A DNA stretch of 63,898 bases, counting the filler, from Octopus bimaculoides (lineage: Eukaryota), in NCBI RefSeq assembly GCF_001194135.2. It is 6 parts of 6 records of this genome, joined end to end, with 100 filler letters (N's around TTAATTAATTAA, not from the genome) between each part and the next. Parts side by side here need not be neighbours in the genome. Positions count along the whole stretch, not along the records: positions 1 to 23,355 come from NC_068994.1; positions 23,456 to 41,014 come from NW_026383535.1; 4 more parts are not named here. One strand, 5' to 3'. The translations under genes were made by a program, and so were the position numbers. Each line of letters begins with the position of its first letter. Within the stretch, counting starts at the first letter, position 1. Positions 13,514 through 25,170 of the stretch are shown one piece after another. A model generated the notes under the pieces. The model did not search any database. It saw only the letters and a list, made by a program, of their open reading frames with translations, and had not been told where the DNA came from.

Positions 13514-14418
13514 TAGTAGAAAGACTGCCCTCCAGGTGGTTTTCTGCTAGCCCCTTGATAATATTTTCACATTTGATTCCCATTTCTAATAAGTCTTATA
13601 TTTTATGTCTAATTGTTTCTTAGTATAATAGTGCTCATTTGCTTAGTAAATATTGCTTTCATTATTTTAACACATTATTTTATCTCTCTTTTTTAAACAA
13701 ACATCGTGGTAGTCCAACAACAGAGGGAGAAGCAGTCTGTCAAGTTGTACCTTCCCCTAAAAGCAACATAGAGATTTCATTTCAGCAGCCCATCTGTAAG
13801 CTTTGCAGTGTATGTGAGAGAGAGAGAACATTGCAAACAATGAATGAAATAAACATGAGATGAAAAATCGAATAAATAAAAGGGCATTACTACAGATGAA
13901 TATGTCCCGGACTTTGTTGCCTCGTAACATCCAGAAAGATGGATACTTTTTAACAAAACTTTCTACAAATACCACTGTTGTGGCTTCAGAGTTTATAGGG
14001 ATTTATGGGAAAGAATTTTTGCGAGGGGGTGGAGAGAGGAGTCAGAAAATTCACACAATCTGATTTTTTTTTCCTTCATGACTTTCAGGAAGATGGGTGT
14101 CTTTTAATGAAAATTTATACAAATGCCTTTCAAACAGCATAGATTACGATTATAAAGAAATTGTGGGGGTGGGGTCTCCCATTTTGAGTTTGCATTTAAC
14201 AAATTTCACTCTCAAGTATGTTTGTCCCAATATGCTCAGATGTTGTGCAGAGGGAATGAACCTAAAAGTGCATAATTGTAAAGAGAACTTCTTAACAGCA
14301 GTGAGAAGAGAAGAGATGGATGAAGGTGAAGTAAATGGATTCAAATAAATAAAAAGGAGTTGAAAAGACAAGAAATGAAAAGAGGTGGGATGCTGAGAGA
14401 GTAAGATAAAGACAGATG

Positions 14419-14470
<52 letters not shown>

Positions 14471-14626
14471 NNNNNNNNNNNNNNNNNNNNNNNNNNNNNN
14501 NNNNNNNNNNNNNNNNNNNNNNNNNNNNNNNNNNNNNNNNNNNNNNNNNNNNNNNNNNNNNNNNNNNNNNNNNNNNNNNNNNNNNNNNNNNNNNNNNNNN
14601 NNNNNNNNNNNNNNNNNNNNNNNNNN

Positions 14627-14681
<55 letters not shown>

Positions 14682-17600
14682 CATGGCAGGCATGAGAGCT
14701 ATTTTCTGGGGAAGGAGAAAATATTTTTGATGTCTTTGACAGTCAACACTTCCTATAAAGTAACAATGTATCTTGACTCTGATGCAAGCCATGTACTGAG
14801 AGAAAACAGCCAGAAAACATAGATGACAGTCAGAAATTAAAAGAAAAAAAAAAGAATTATCTAAAGCAGCATAAAACAATAAATAATACAAAAATGACTG
14901 GATAAAAATAAATGAGCTAAAAATGTTCTTTAAATTGTTAGCATAGCTTGCATGTGTAATGGTAAACTTGTGATGAAGTACATAGCTTGCAGCAGAATAA
15001 AATAGAGATGCTATAGTACAAACAGTAAACTAAACTGGTAGAGACATCAAGATTGAAAAAGTAAACAGATCTACACTGAAAAAAAAAACAAGTTACATTT
15101 GGTGCTACACACATAATATAAATTATAAATACATAAGATCAAGATTTACAAATATAAACAGAAAAAAGCACTGCTATCATTACCTGGAAAATCAGAATTT
15201 TGCTGGGAATGTGAAAATGAATCTGGAGTTGCAATTTGAATTAAGTCTACAGGGTCATTAGAAGCAGTTTCAGTGGCACATTTTGGAGGTGAAATAAACT
15301 GGGAATCAGGGGTTGAAGATGGAGCTTTGTGGGAATCAACAGTCAAATTAATAACAGAATTTTCAAGTGAAAGAGTAGAAGGGGTTTGACATTCAGAATT
15401 ACAGCTGGTTACATTTTGGGAAGCTTGGGGTATGGCAAGAGATGAAGAGTTAGGTGGGGATTTATCTTTTACGAGTTCATCAGTTGTCTTCGGTGCATCA
15501 ACAAAAGTTGTAGTCAGTTGTGTCGAAGCAGCAGAGGCGATAGAAAGTTCCTCCGCATTACTATTTACATTGTTATTAACGTCATTAAGATTATTGTTGT
15601 TACTAATGTTGGTATTATTATTATTATCATTCAGATTATTAGAGCTGTCACTTGGTGGTGGAATATTTGCTGCAGCAGAAGGTACTCTCTTCCGAGGCTG
15701 GGGTTTTGGAGGGGTAACACATGTAAGTTTTTCTGAAGAGGAACTGGAACTGTGACTTATTGAAGTACGAGGCTGAGGCCTGGGTGGTGGTGGGCACACT
15801 GGTTTAGTACAGTGATCCACAGATTGTAAAGTGTTCTCATGACTGCTGACAGTTGGCACTACTGACTGTGGTCTTGAAGGTGGTGTTTTGGAAGTAGAAG
15901 AAGAGGGTAATGATGAAGAGGAGGACAAGAAGGTTGAAGAAATTTTCAATACTGGTGGGACATTTGGGCGTTGTGGAGGTGTGCCACGTTTGGAAAGCTT
16001 GCGAGTAACTGGTGTAGGGCGATCTGGTGGTAAAAGAGTAGAATGAACAGAATCAAAGCTTGAATCAGGGCCAACAACACTTCTATGATTAGTGGAGGTC
16101 TCACCATCAACTTTTGGGCGTGGAGGACATACAGGTACAGGAGGTTTCCCGTGTTTCCTGTAAAAAGAAAAATAGAAAAGTAAAGTAAGAATAACCTAAG
16201 TAAAACCACTTTTTGTATAATAAGGGCGATCCCATATGTTTGAGGAGCAAGTTATATGAACACCCTTGATCTATTCTAAACTCAGTTTATTCAGTGGTAG
16301 TGAGTTCCATTTGCAAACAGGTTGTAGGGATACAGCTACTGAAGACTTTCTTATTACATTGTATGAGAAAGGTAAGTCATTTTAGTGGAACCCTTATCTT
16401 TAAGGTATAACCACAGAGTGTGGATGGTATTCATTTGCAATACTGAACTTCTAATTTTATGCATATTTTCTTTACTTTTGTTGTTGGTCAATTTCTTTTT
16501 AAAACCAATAACCATTTTTGCTTTATTTATTGTCAGAATAATTGACTGTGGAAAATTTCGAACCCCCAATTTGTGAAAGAGGTATGGAGTCCTCTTTGGA
16601 ATCTGTATTGGAGGGACAAACAAGGAAATTTCATACTTTCTCAACATCAGAAGGATGGCGGAAAAGGTGACAAAGGAGCTGCAAGATTCAGGATACAACT
16701 ACAAGGCAAAAGCAGCGAGGAAAACTTATGATCAATGATCTGACAGCATCAGAATGCGAGAATTCATTGTTGAAATCCAGGAGATGATCAACAATGATCG
16801 CAGCAAGTCAATGTGTGCCATTGCACAGGAGAAAGGTGTGGATAAAAAGATCATCAGGCTGATGTTGCATGAAGACATTCACTACTTTTCATCTTGTTCA
16901 AGGTGATACAGGAAAATTGACTCAAACACACCAAGAAGCTAATCATCAAGTGGAAACACCTGCTGGAGCCTGATATGCTGTGGTTCTTCTCTAGCGAGAA
17001 GAACTTTTGCCAAGACCAGATCAACAGGTGGCTTGCTGTCTCACCCAAAGACATGCCCAGAGTCATGCAGAAGAAATTTCCAGTGACAATCATGATCTTT
17101 GGTGTCATCAGCAGTGAATGCCCCACCCCTACTTCTTTCCGAGAGCCTCAGACTGAACACTGACAGCTATATCTGTGTTCTGAACCAGGTAGTGAAGTCC
17201 TGGATCAACTGGGTAGCTACAGGAATGCCATACATGTGGCAGCAAGACTCTGCACCCTGCCACACCAGCTGGAAGACTCAGGCCTGGTTGTCGGAGAATT
17301 TCTTTTATCACACAGCACTTGACATTTGGCCTCCCAACTTGCCTGATTGCAACCCCCTTCACTTCTTCGTGAAGGGCATAATGGAATGAGAGACCAATAA
17401 ATCCAGCTGCAACACAGGATGAGCTGAGAGCCACAATTACCAAAGCCTTCAGGAGCCTAAAACAAGAGAATTCCTCATTTCCAGTCAAGAAGTTCATCAC
17501 TTTAAAGACACAAATATTTCCTATTCAATGTATTTAGTAAGTGAAATTGTTTTTTTCTTGTTGTTTTTAATAGTTTAGATAATTGGGGCTGGAAGTTATT

Positions 17601-18171
17601 TGACAGAGGTACATCTTGAAACACACCCAAATGAAATCCTCTGAAATGATTGAATGTAACTAACTAGTAACCTTAGTACAGTTTAAATAAACAAAATGTT
17701 CCAACAGATAAACGGTTTAGTAATGTTAAATCGATAATAAGGATGAAGCTGGTAAAACGTAAACATTGGAAATATGAGGTTAATAGTCTGATAAATATAA
17801 AACAATAATATCAATAATGATGGGGATGATGTTGGCCTGTAGAATATAATTTGAAGTAGACAGTGCCATAATTTGTGATTCATTTGAATAAAATCTTGTT
17901 ACATTCCTTAAAAAATTCCAGAAGTATAGGTTCTCCTGTTTGCTCATGAAGCTGATGTCCCTAAAGACAACAAATAGTCTGGGAGCATTTTAAATGCATT
18001 TATTGTTAACATATAGAGTACACTGATATTACAATAGCTTGACTCTTGGATAATAACAGCAACGATATCACAAAATTACTCACTTGCTGGGAATTGGTGG
18101 GACAGGTCTTGCCAGGGGTACTTTCGACTGAGTAGTAGCAGAAGTATTGAGCTGAGAACTGTCCTTTTTAT
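1349..18171 (-). CDS. Multi-exon gene (7 coding exons in window): long proline/serine-rich adaptor-like protein leading into an SH3 domain; SH3D19-like architecture; partial at both ends
   Basis: All seven exons have AG/GT boundaries and the phases chain without frameshift (1-2,2-1,1-1,1-1,1-2,2-1,1-0). Joined junction peptides read PIPSK-KHGKPP, DFP-VPSPR, GLT-AEKPSAVWY, SGK-DPEIK, VKA-SVKQD, SVV-GKENS. The last exon reads EPCAVAEFNFEAQELDELSLK, the SH3 beta1/RT-loop pattern (ALYDF...DELSF). Confidence 0.85.
1909..2078 (+). mobile_element. SINE with Meta-domain-like core (partial)
   Basis: gttcaaattcc B-box followed by ctttgcctttcatccttttggggtc...aagtaccag...ggggtcgat; several copies in the window. 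Confidence 0.7.
2365..3275 (-). mobile_element. Degenerate RTE LINE 3' portion
   Basis: Minus frames give WCTQCKLWT and VVDNFCYLGDLIS...RIGWRKFRELL; ends in the RTE 3' UTR with a (CAT)n tail. Confidence 0.8.
3278..4315 (+). mobile_element. Younger RTE LINE 3' portion with (GAT)n tail, interrupted by an N gap
   Basis: GEKLEVVDSFCYLGDQVSSGGGCAESVAARIRIAW...RTAMLHGSETW; the 3' UTR after the gap ends in (GAT)n at about 4242-4314. Confidence 0.88.
4320..6190 (-). mobile_element. Long degenerate RTE LINE (endonuclease to reverse transcriptase, internally deleted)
   Basis: Fragments GDFNGHVG, NTNFRKSVSHLITY..SQINYIL and MDAIFIVRQ...VFVDLEKAFDRVP; many stops and frameshifts. Confidence 0.85.
6366..6442 (-). 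CDS. Coding exon (77 nt): SVKQDTQLPNVATGEISAQTDKTSVV
   Basis: Acceptor ccttcattccag, donor gtgtgt (non-consensus beyond GT); supplies exactly the 2-to-1 phase change needed between its neighbours. Confidence 0.7.
7860..8430 (+). mobile_element. RTE-LINE 3' UTR-derived repeat with (GAT)n tail
   Basis: Shares its 3' end with 4057-4315; contains internal subrepeats of gtggcacgtaaaa. Confidence 0.8.
8577..8664 (-). CDS. Coding exon (88 nt): DPEIKTKLKPKPQRPPSLPSSLCCTSVKA
   Basis: Acceptor ttctctcccttgatag, donor gtaaga; only one frame is open and it fits phase 1 in, phase 2 out. Confidence 0.8.
8996..10486 (-). CDS. Large coding exon (1491 nt), acidic/Ser/Pro-rich (AEKPSAVWY...KINSGK)
   Basis: Long poly-T tract plus ag acceptor, donor gtaagg; phase 1-1; corresponds to track ORF 8964-10517. 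Confidence 0.9.
10541..10920 (-). mobile_element. Solo LTR (380 bp), Gypsy-like by its 4-bp target-site duplication
   Basis: Begins TG (10541), ends CA (10920), flanked by TTCG at 10537-10540 and 10921-10924; about 17 CpGs; minus-strand CCAAT (10792-10788) and TATAAATA (10723-10716) suggest the orientation. Confidence 0.7.
11020..11510 (+). mobile_element. Old, degenerate RTE LINE 3' end
   Basis: Weak similarity to 3550-3654 and to the ccaacccatgc..gcatgg..aaatgga..gatgat terminus. Confidence 0.55.
11825..12505 (-). CDS. Coding exon (681 nt), Pro/Ser/Lys-rich (VPSPRLK...ETLGLT)
   Basis: Acceptor ttgtcttttcag, donor gtagag; phase 1-1; corresponds to track ORF 11784-12527. Confidence 0.88.
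12770..12890 (+). mobile_element. tRNA-derived SINE 5' half (CpG-decayed)
   Basis: ggttcaatgccac...ccttgggccagtgtctt...ggcagatggaaactgaaagaa matches the copy at 26935-27080. Confidence 0.65.
12903..13465 (-). mobile_element. RTE-LINE 3' UTR-derived repeat, inverted relative to 7860-8430
   Basis: The reverse complement aligns along about 550 bp with 7860-8430; (CAT)n tail at the left end. Confidence 0.82.
13513..14190 (-). mobile_element. Non-autonomous Helitron-like repeat
   Basis: Reverse-complement copy of 38740-39306; ends CTAG|T after a decayed hairpin. Confidence 0.55.
15184..16157 (-). CDS. Coding exon (974 nt), Pro/Ser-rich (KHGKPPVPVCPPRPK...QQNSDFP)
   Basis: Acceptor tttctttttacag, donor gtaatg; a single open frame that includes track ORF 15146-15949 and extends upstream of it. 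Confidence 0.88.
16590..17520 (+). mobile_element. Decayed Tc1/mariner transposon, DD37D (maT) type
   Basis: WFFSSEKNFCQDQ...WQQDSAPCHTS...WPPNLPDCNPLH; 37 residues lie between the second catalytic D and the (mutated, H) third position. Confidence 0.85.
18084..18171 (-). CDS. Coding exon (88 nt): DKKDSSQLNTSATTQSKVPLARPVPPIPS(K)
   Basis: Acceptor tttcttgtag, donor gtgagt; phase 1 in, phase 2 out, matching the next exon; absent from the ORF track. Confidence 0.8.
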
Positions 18172-18382
18172 CTACAAGAAAACAGATACACCATTTAATA
18201 CAGGCAATTGATAATCTTAAGTTTATTTGCAGATGTAGCTGAATAGATAAATAGATTTTTAAATATAGTTATTCATTTTGAAATTAGTCAAACCCAAATG
18301 AAGATTGAGATAAGTGAACAAAGAGACTTTCTTAAATTAATTGTAACAATTTAAAATTTTATTTTATTATTATCAAAATGTT

Positions 18383-18518
18383 AGTAAAGTAAAACTGGTG
18401 TAGCAATAAATTAATAATGATTGTAAGTAAAGTAAAACTGGTGTAGCAATAAATTAATAATGATTGTAAGTAAAGTAAAACTGGTGTAGCAATAAATTAA
18501 TAATGATTGTAAGTAAAG
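18383..18518. repeat. Perfect tandem repeat, 43-bp unit x about 3.2
   Basis: agtaaagtaaaactggtgtagcaataaattaataatgattgta starts at 18383, 18426 and 18469. Confidence 0.95.
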
Positions 18519-18714
18519 GTTTAATAAGCAAGAAATGACAGTGAGGATGAATTGATAAATGCAAAAAGGAGTAAAAGCATCGAAAGGTTTCAAAGCCCAT
18601 TGTCTTATATTGTTTCTGTACATAGGTTTTAATACTCTGTATTTACAGTTGAAGCAGAATGCCTCTCAACACTCCTGAATAAATAGAATCAAGTGCCACC
18701 ATTAATATAAATGT

Positions 18715-18890
18715 AGACAGCTGGCAGAATCATTAGAGTGTTGGAAGAATTACCTTGCAGTATTTCTTCTGGCTCTTTACATTCGGAGTTCAAATCTTGC
18801 CAGGGTCAACTTTCCTTTCAAGGTTGATAAGGTGAAGTAACAGAAGAAGTACTAATCCCTTCTGCTTAAAATTGCTGGCCTAGCACTTTA
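18715..18890 (+). mobile_element. Meta-domain-like SINE, strongly CpG-decayed
   Basis: Aligns with 45985-46175 with CG to TG/CA changes. Confidence 0.6.
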
Positions 18891-18984
18891 ATCAGGAACC
18901 ATTATTATTATTATTATTACTAAAATTAAAATCCCAAAATAGTACCAATTCCAAATTATAGTACCAATCACTTAAGGCACAGGC

Positions 18985-19330
18985 ATGGCTATGTGAAACC
19001 TTGAACAAGTTTCTTTTAGTATAGCTTCAGGCTGACCAAAGTCTTGTGAGGGGATTTGAGAGTTGGAAACAGAAAGAAGCCCACTGTGTGTGCACGTGCA
19101 CCACTTTGTCTTGACACCACAGGACAGTTATAAACAAGTGTCACTATCATACAAGTAGAATTCCCCATTTCCAGTCTTCACTGAAAACATGTCAGGCTGT
19201 GGGAAAATATTACCTTACTTAAAACAGGAGAAAGTTGGCAACAGGAAGGGTATCTGGCCATCAAAAATCTGCCTCAATAAATTCTACCTAACCCATACAA
19301 GCATGGAAAAGTGGATGTTAAAATGAACAC
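18985..19330 (+). mobile_element. Decayed SINE followed by an RTE-type 3' tail
   Basis: gaccaaagtcttgtgag..ggattt..ggaaacagaaagaagccc, then aagggtatctggcc...cccatacaagcatggaaaagtggatgttaa. Confidence 0.55.
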
Positions 19331-20676
19331 AATGATGATAATACATACAAACTTGTGCAGAAAACCACACCCAAGAGTAATTTTAAAATATATGGAAATG
19401 AAAATTCCTATTTGGAGTTGAGATGGTGTAATGATACTCTGGGTTGGGAAGAGCCATAGTTTCACTTAAAGATATCAATCTTAGAAAAGTAAAGAAGGGG
19501 AAATGTATTCTGAAGTATTTCCAGTTGCTGATGTTGTTTAAATCAGATCAGATCTGATGAAGCAGATTTATGATCAAAAGCAATTCAGTCTTCATCAAAC
19601 GTTTTTTTTTTTCGTTTTTTGTTGTTGTACATCTAAAAACTATACTGTCCAATGTTTTCATCCTTTTGAAAAAAGGTAGGTGCATTTTAAGTGATATTTG
19701 GCTGTTTTGTTTAGCAAGTTGAATGATTAGATAGCAGTTACTTCATTGTTTCATTGGTGAACATATATAAATTCTGTACTGTACAGTTCTACATTCAAAT
19801 CCTGTCAAACTCATGACAGCCTGGCAAAAATCATCCAGCTCATGCTACATAAATGGACTTATTTGAGCATAGTATTTGATATCCATTTAGAGTCAGGTAG
19901 ACTGAACTTTTGCAAGTTAAGATTTATGGTCATGTTTATAATAAAGCACCTGTGACAATATATAAACTGCCATAAAGAAAAATCCAATCCCAGTATCATG
20001 CTACATCAATTCGACAATACCACTCCTCTCCCAATCTGTAACAACAAAAGAAACAGAATTTGTATCTCGATAAAAGAGATCAAATTGTATAGGAGAAGTT
20101 ATGCAGAAATCCAGCTTTGATTTCCAGTTGTAGCCCATTTTAAAGCTCATTAACATGCTTGAGAAAGTTATGACTATCAACACCTCTCAAGTTTTCCAAT
20201 GATTCAGACATCATCATCATCATTTAACATCTGTTTTCCATGCTGGCATGGGTTAGACAATTTGACAGGAACATTGTTCTGGCATAATTTCTACAGCTAG
20301 ATGCCCTTCCTAACACCAAGCATTTCACAGAGTGTGCTGGATGCTTTTTATGTGGCATCGTCATCTCACCAGTACATTTTACATTGAATCATCACAAGTG
20401 CTTTTTATGTGGCACCATCACCAATGCTTTCTACATAGAACCAACAGATTTTACAAGGAACCATCACCAATATCAATTCTGCTGTAGTGGATGGGTCTTC
20501 TTGAATATAGCATGGTGCCAGCACTCACTCACACAACTAATAAACCTGCAATCAGAATGAAGGTAATTACAGACATTACTAATATGTTAGAGAGATAAAT
20601 GAGGAAACACTAATATGAGGATAGCTAAGAATGATGATGATGATGATGATGGTGATGGTAATGGTGATGGTGATGG

Positions 20677-20710
<34 letters not shown>

Positions 20711-21879
20711 AATAGCTAAATTTAAAATGTGGTTAACCTTTTTGGTACCAATCTGCCCGAGACTACCCCTGATTCATTCACATAAGTTTCCTGTTTTAAA
20801 TTCATCTAAATTAAAAGTTTCCTCCAAAATCCTATGTTCATTTATGTTCCAAGCACTAACTTAATAACAAAATTACCTTACTTAATTCTTCACTATTTTC
20901 AAAATTAATTCAAACAAAAGCTTTGTATTTCAACAGAAATATGGTAAGGAGAGGGTTAAATGGCTAATTTAAAATGGTGATCTTTGAAGTTTCAGTGATA
21001 TGTTTATCTTTCATTTTTGAAACTCTAATGTGGCACACAAGTTTAGGGAAAAACACATACTAACTGAATCCTGAAGCTCTGGGTAATAGAAAGAATGCCT
21101 TCATTTTGACAGAAATATGTACTAGTTTGCACAACAATTTAATTGAGCTCCTAGTTGGACAGGCTCAAGCTCCATAATGCTAAGTTCAAGTGCCCATAGC
21201 AATAGATCTATGATTATGTTGAAATAAAACTAAGGGCCTTCAATCCTATGATCAGGAGCTCAAAATAAGAGTTAAGAGTCAATGGTAAAAGAATCAAAAG
21301 GCAATTGATTTTCTTAGCAGAAAATCAAGGGTTATATTGCTGGTTCTAAAAGTGAACTACTAAATCACATTAAGAACCAGAAGATTAATGCTACAATGAG
21401 AATAGTTGCAGTGATGATGAGGAAACATTTCTAGTCGTAGTGAAGCAGATACTTTAGAAGCAATGATAATAATAATATTTCTTTCTAACATAGGTAGAAA
21501 ACCAGAAATTTGGGTGAAGGGTAAGTCAATAAATGTTGACTCTAGTACTTGAGTAGTACTTTATTGACCCTGGATGGATGAAAAGCAAAGTTTACTTTGA
21601 TTGTATTTAAACTCAGAACATAAACAGCTGTTAACTTGATGCCACACTTCAGTGATTTTTCTACCTGAAACTTTAGTGATTCGGTCAATCTACCACCCCC
21701 AGCAGCAGCAGCAGCAGTAATATATCGCATAAGGTTTGTATTTGTTTATTTGATTCAACAAGAAATCAACAAGCCAAAGATTAAGTGATAATATAGTAAT
21801 ATAGTGATGGACACTTGGAACACGTGTAAGCTTAGTAACTTTGATGAATGTAAGTAAACTTGTGATGTTTTGTGTTGGC

Positions 21880-22290
21880 AAAAGTCAATATAAATAACGA
21901 AGAGTGGAATAAGTTTTATGCCATAATGAAGAGGATAAATCTACCAGAGTATGTTGTGACTTGTCTTCAAGGAGGCTACTTTGTTGCACAGTGAGTATCT
22001 GAACTGTTATCAACCACTTTATAATTGGGGAGATGAAGGGAACTGGGAGGAAAGGACCAGTGACATTAATGGCTGAGGAGCCCTACCAAAAGAAGAAGAG
22101 TGAATTAGGTCAAATGGGTGGGAGTAGGAACAGCATGGGCCTCTTTGGACTTAGACAGTGGGAGCAGAGGGACGCATGTAGATGTGTGAGGTAGAAAGGG
22201 AGTTTGCTGTAGGTTCTAGTGAGATGTTAGATGGGTAGGGCGCATCTTGGATTTAACCAAGTCGGACAGTCAACACTAAAGAGGTAGGTG
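21880..22290 (-). mobile_element. Possible old CR1/Jockey-type LINE 3' remnant
   Basis: More GC-rich than its flanks; the minus-strand translation loosely resembles post-RT LINE C-termini; heavily degenerate. Confidence 0.3.
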
Positions 22291-23004
22291 AATCACACTT
22301 AGTTCTCCATATTACAATAATATTCCCTTTTTGAAAATAAACAGCATCACTACTTAACAATGGACCTTAAAACTGATAATGCTAGGAAAAACAAAGTACC
22401 ATTTTAGATTATATTAAAAACATCCAGCAAAAAATCATTAATAACAACCACCACAACAACAAAACATGCTAAACAACAATAAATGAGATGGAAATTTTTA
22501 TAAAAGCCATTTCTTTCCTGAAAAAAAAAAAGATAAAATACAAAAAATGAGGTGAGGTGTAGGAAAGATGACACACAAATATATACAAAGAGAAAAAGCC
22601 GAATCCACTTCACCACACTTAACCAAAAGACCTGTCGTATTCAAATAAGAGGCAAGCAAACTAAAAAAAGACAAAAATTATAATAATTAACCATACATGA
22701 CTAGACAAAAATTATTGAAAAGAAAAACCAACTTAAACAAACCATGGTAATTACAGACAAACATGAAAGATGAAAAAACAAAACAAAAAAAGGAAATCAG
22801 TGAATTGAAAGAAAAAAAAGGACTGATAAAATCACCAAGGCCCAGTGCACACATAAATATATATGAATACAAACACACACATTACAATTATGTGTGAATA
22901 TACAAATATACATACAAATGCATGTATGTGAAAGAGAGAGAAAAAGCATGGCAGCAGTGCAGAGATTGACACAAGAGCAAAAGAAAAAGAACACATATAT
23001 ACAT

Positions 23005-23324
23005 ACATACATACAATATATATATACATATATATATATTGTATATATATATACATATACATATATCTATATATATATATACATACATATATATATACAT
23101 ATATCTATATATATATATATACATACATATATATATACATATATCTATATATATATATATATATATATACATACATATATATATATACATACATACATAT
23201 ATATATATACATATACATATATATATATATACATATACAAACATACATATATACATATATACATACATACATATATACATATATATATATACATATACAT
23301 ATATATATATACATATATATATAC

Positions 23325-23355
<31 letters not shown>
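23005..23355. repeat. (TA)n/(TACA)n compound microsatellite, representative of dozens of AG, AC, AT, AAT, TATG and TATC tracts in the window
   Basis: Seen directly; most N gaps abut such tracts. Confidence 0.95.
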
Positions 23356-23455
23356 NNNNNNNNNNNNNNNNNNNNNNNNNNNNNNNNNNNNNNNNNNNNT
23401 TAATTAATTAANNNNNNNNNNNNNNNNNNNNNNNNNNNNNNNNNNNNNNNNNNNN
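23356..23455. other. Assembly gap filler N44-TTAATTAATTAA-N44 (also at 41015, 55408, 60700 and 62757)
   Basis: Identical 100-base structure occurs five times; the 12-mer has stop codons in all six frames. Confidence 0.95.
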
Positions 23456-23627
23456 ATATGTATGTGTGTATGTATATATATATGTATATGTATATATATA
23501 TATATGTGTGTATGTGTATGTATACGGAGTTATGTATATATTTTGTTATTCAATATTTCTCTTCATTCATTAGTCATTTCTTTCTCCACCTCTGGTCTCT
23601 TTTCTATCCCGCTTTTACATATACACC

Positions 23628-23659
<32 letters not shown>

Positions 23660-23669
23660 TGCAAGTGAA

Positions 23670-23915
23670 GGCGCATGGCTCAGTGGTTAGAGCGTTGCGC
23701 TTACGATAGTGAGGTTGTGAGTTCGATTCCCGGACCGGGCTGCGTGTTGTGTTCTTGAGCAAGGCACTTTATTTCACGTTGCTCCGGTTAACTCAGCTCT
23801 GGAAATGAGTTGCGATGTCACTGGTACCAAGTTGTATCGGACTTTGTTTATCCCTTGGATAAACATCAGGCTGTGATTTAGCATGGCCGCAGTCAAATGA
23901 CTGAAAGAAGTAAAA
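23670..23915 (+). mobile_element. tRNA-derived SINE
   Basis: Pol III A box TGGCTCAGTGG (23676-23686) and B box GTTCGATTCC (23721-23730), then a non-tRNA body and the shared tail gcatggccgcagtcaaatgactgaaa. Confidence 0.8.
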
Positions 23916-24809
23916 AAAATAAAAGAATAAAAGAATATAGAGATGCATAAATAGATATGCAAATGTGTGTGTAAGTGACAATTGCAAATACAGCCTAACA
24001 CACACAAAAAAATCGAATAGATCTACAGACGAGAGTCTACCCAATTATATCTATCGATATTTATAAACAATTATCAATGATGTATGTGTGCGTGTACATT
24101 TGTATTTTAAGTTACTTCATATTTTTCTCTAACGGTTTGTCTGAATATAACCATAAACTAAATTCCATAAACTGTTCTTACACTACTCTAAACATGGTTC
24201 TGTAAATAAATACAAACTAGATTTGTAGATGCGGATGCAATAAGCGTGACACAAAATATGAAAGCTACAAGACGCTAACTGCTAAACAATGTTAAATTCG
24301 GTGAGAATGATTTTATTAGTTTCGAAAATATCCCCTTGATACTTTGCTATCTAGAGCAAAACGCGACAATACAACGATACACAAATCATTTTGATTATGA
24401 ATAAAAGGAGGTCTTAGAATGGGTCTATGGACTTCGAAATGCTATTAAAAGACAAAAAACATAAAGGACTCGTACACAAATGCAAAAATCTTACATAACA
24501 ATAATCAAATTTGAAATCAATCGTGATTTCATTATAGAATGTTTGAAAGCTCTGTTTTCCAAATACACAGAAAGACAGAAAGTTTTATTTTGCGGTTTCG
24601 TTGGCTACATGTCTATCCATTTCACTGTCTGTCTGTTTATATGCCTACCTAAAAAATTATCTGCACAAATGCCAACCAATGAGCCATTCTATAAAAATGC
24701 TAAAACTTTTTTTGAAAGACATCACCGGTTGAAAATTGAACCCAAATTCGTCCTTCTTTGAAAGACGGGTTTCCATTTGTTAGCGATAAGTCTTTCTTTT
24801 CTTTTGTTC

Positions 24810-25170
24810 TTTTCTAGTTTCAGTCATTTGACTGTGGTTATGCTGGAGCACCCCCTTCTTGTCGAAGACGTCGCCCACAGGACTTATTCATTGTAAGCCT
24901 GCCACTTGTTCTATACGTATATTTTGCCGAACCGCTGGATTACGGGTACGTAATCACATTAACATCGATTATCAAGTGATTGTGGTGGTGGTGTTGGGGC
25001 AAACACAGAAACAAAGACACACACACATATATATACGCCGGGCTTCTTTCAGTTTCCGTCTACCAAATCGACTCACAAGGTTTTGGTCAGCTATAGTGGT
25101 GCCACGCAGTAGAACTGAACCCGCAACCATGTGGTTAGGAAGCAAGTTTCTTACCACACAGCCACGCCTA
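24810..25170 (-). mobile_element. SINE with an internal CA/TA microsatellite
   Basis: Minus strand: ggcgtggctgtgtggtaagaa head, ggaaactgaaagaagcccg, microsatellite, then gactgaaa tail; same layout as 30955-31305. Confidence 0.75.

Noticed and set aside
15946-16209. 87-aa hydrophobic ORF
   Set aside because: An alternative frame of the real exon plus intron; it does not fit the phase chain.
8577-18171. Two 88-nt phase 1-2 exons both starting with Asp, possibly duplicates
   Set aside because: No discernible nucleotide or peptide similarity beyond prolines.
22390-22530. Candidate first coding exon (ATG|gtactt near 22400, acceptor-like near 22520)
   Set aside because: It would give phase 0, whereas the 18171 exon needs phase 1; the initiation exon remains unidentified.
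23400-23411. TTAATTAATTAA palindrome recurring five times (also 41059, 55452, 60744, 62801)
   Set aside because: Always centred in exactly 44+44 Ns; this is a scaffolding filler, not biological.
22797-23709. YIYI/MYVC/HTHT-type ORFs here and throughout the window
   Set aside because: Di- and tetranucleotide microsatellite translations.
23670-23740. tRNA-like heads (also 36218 and 48023)
   Set aside because: A/B boxes are present but there is no full cloverleaf, and they continue into multi-copy SINE bodies.
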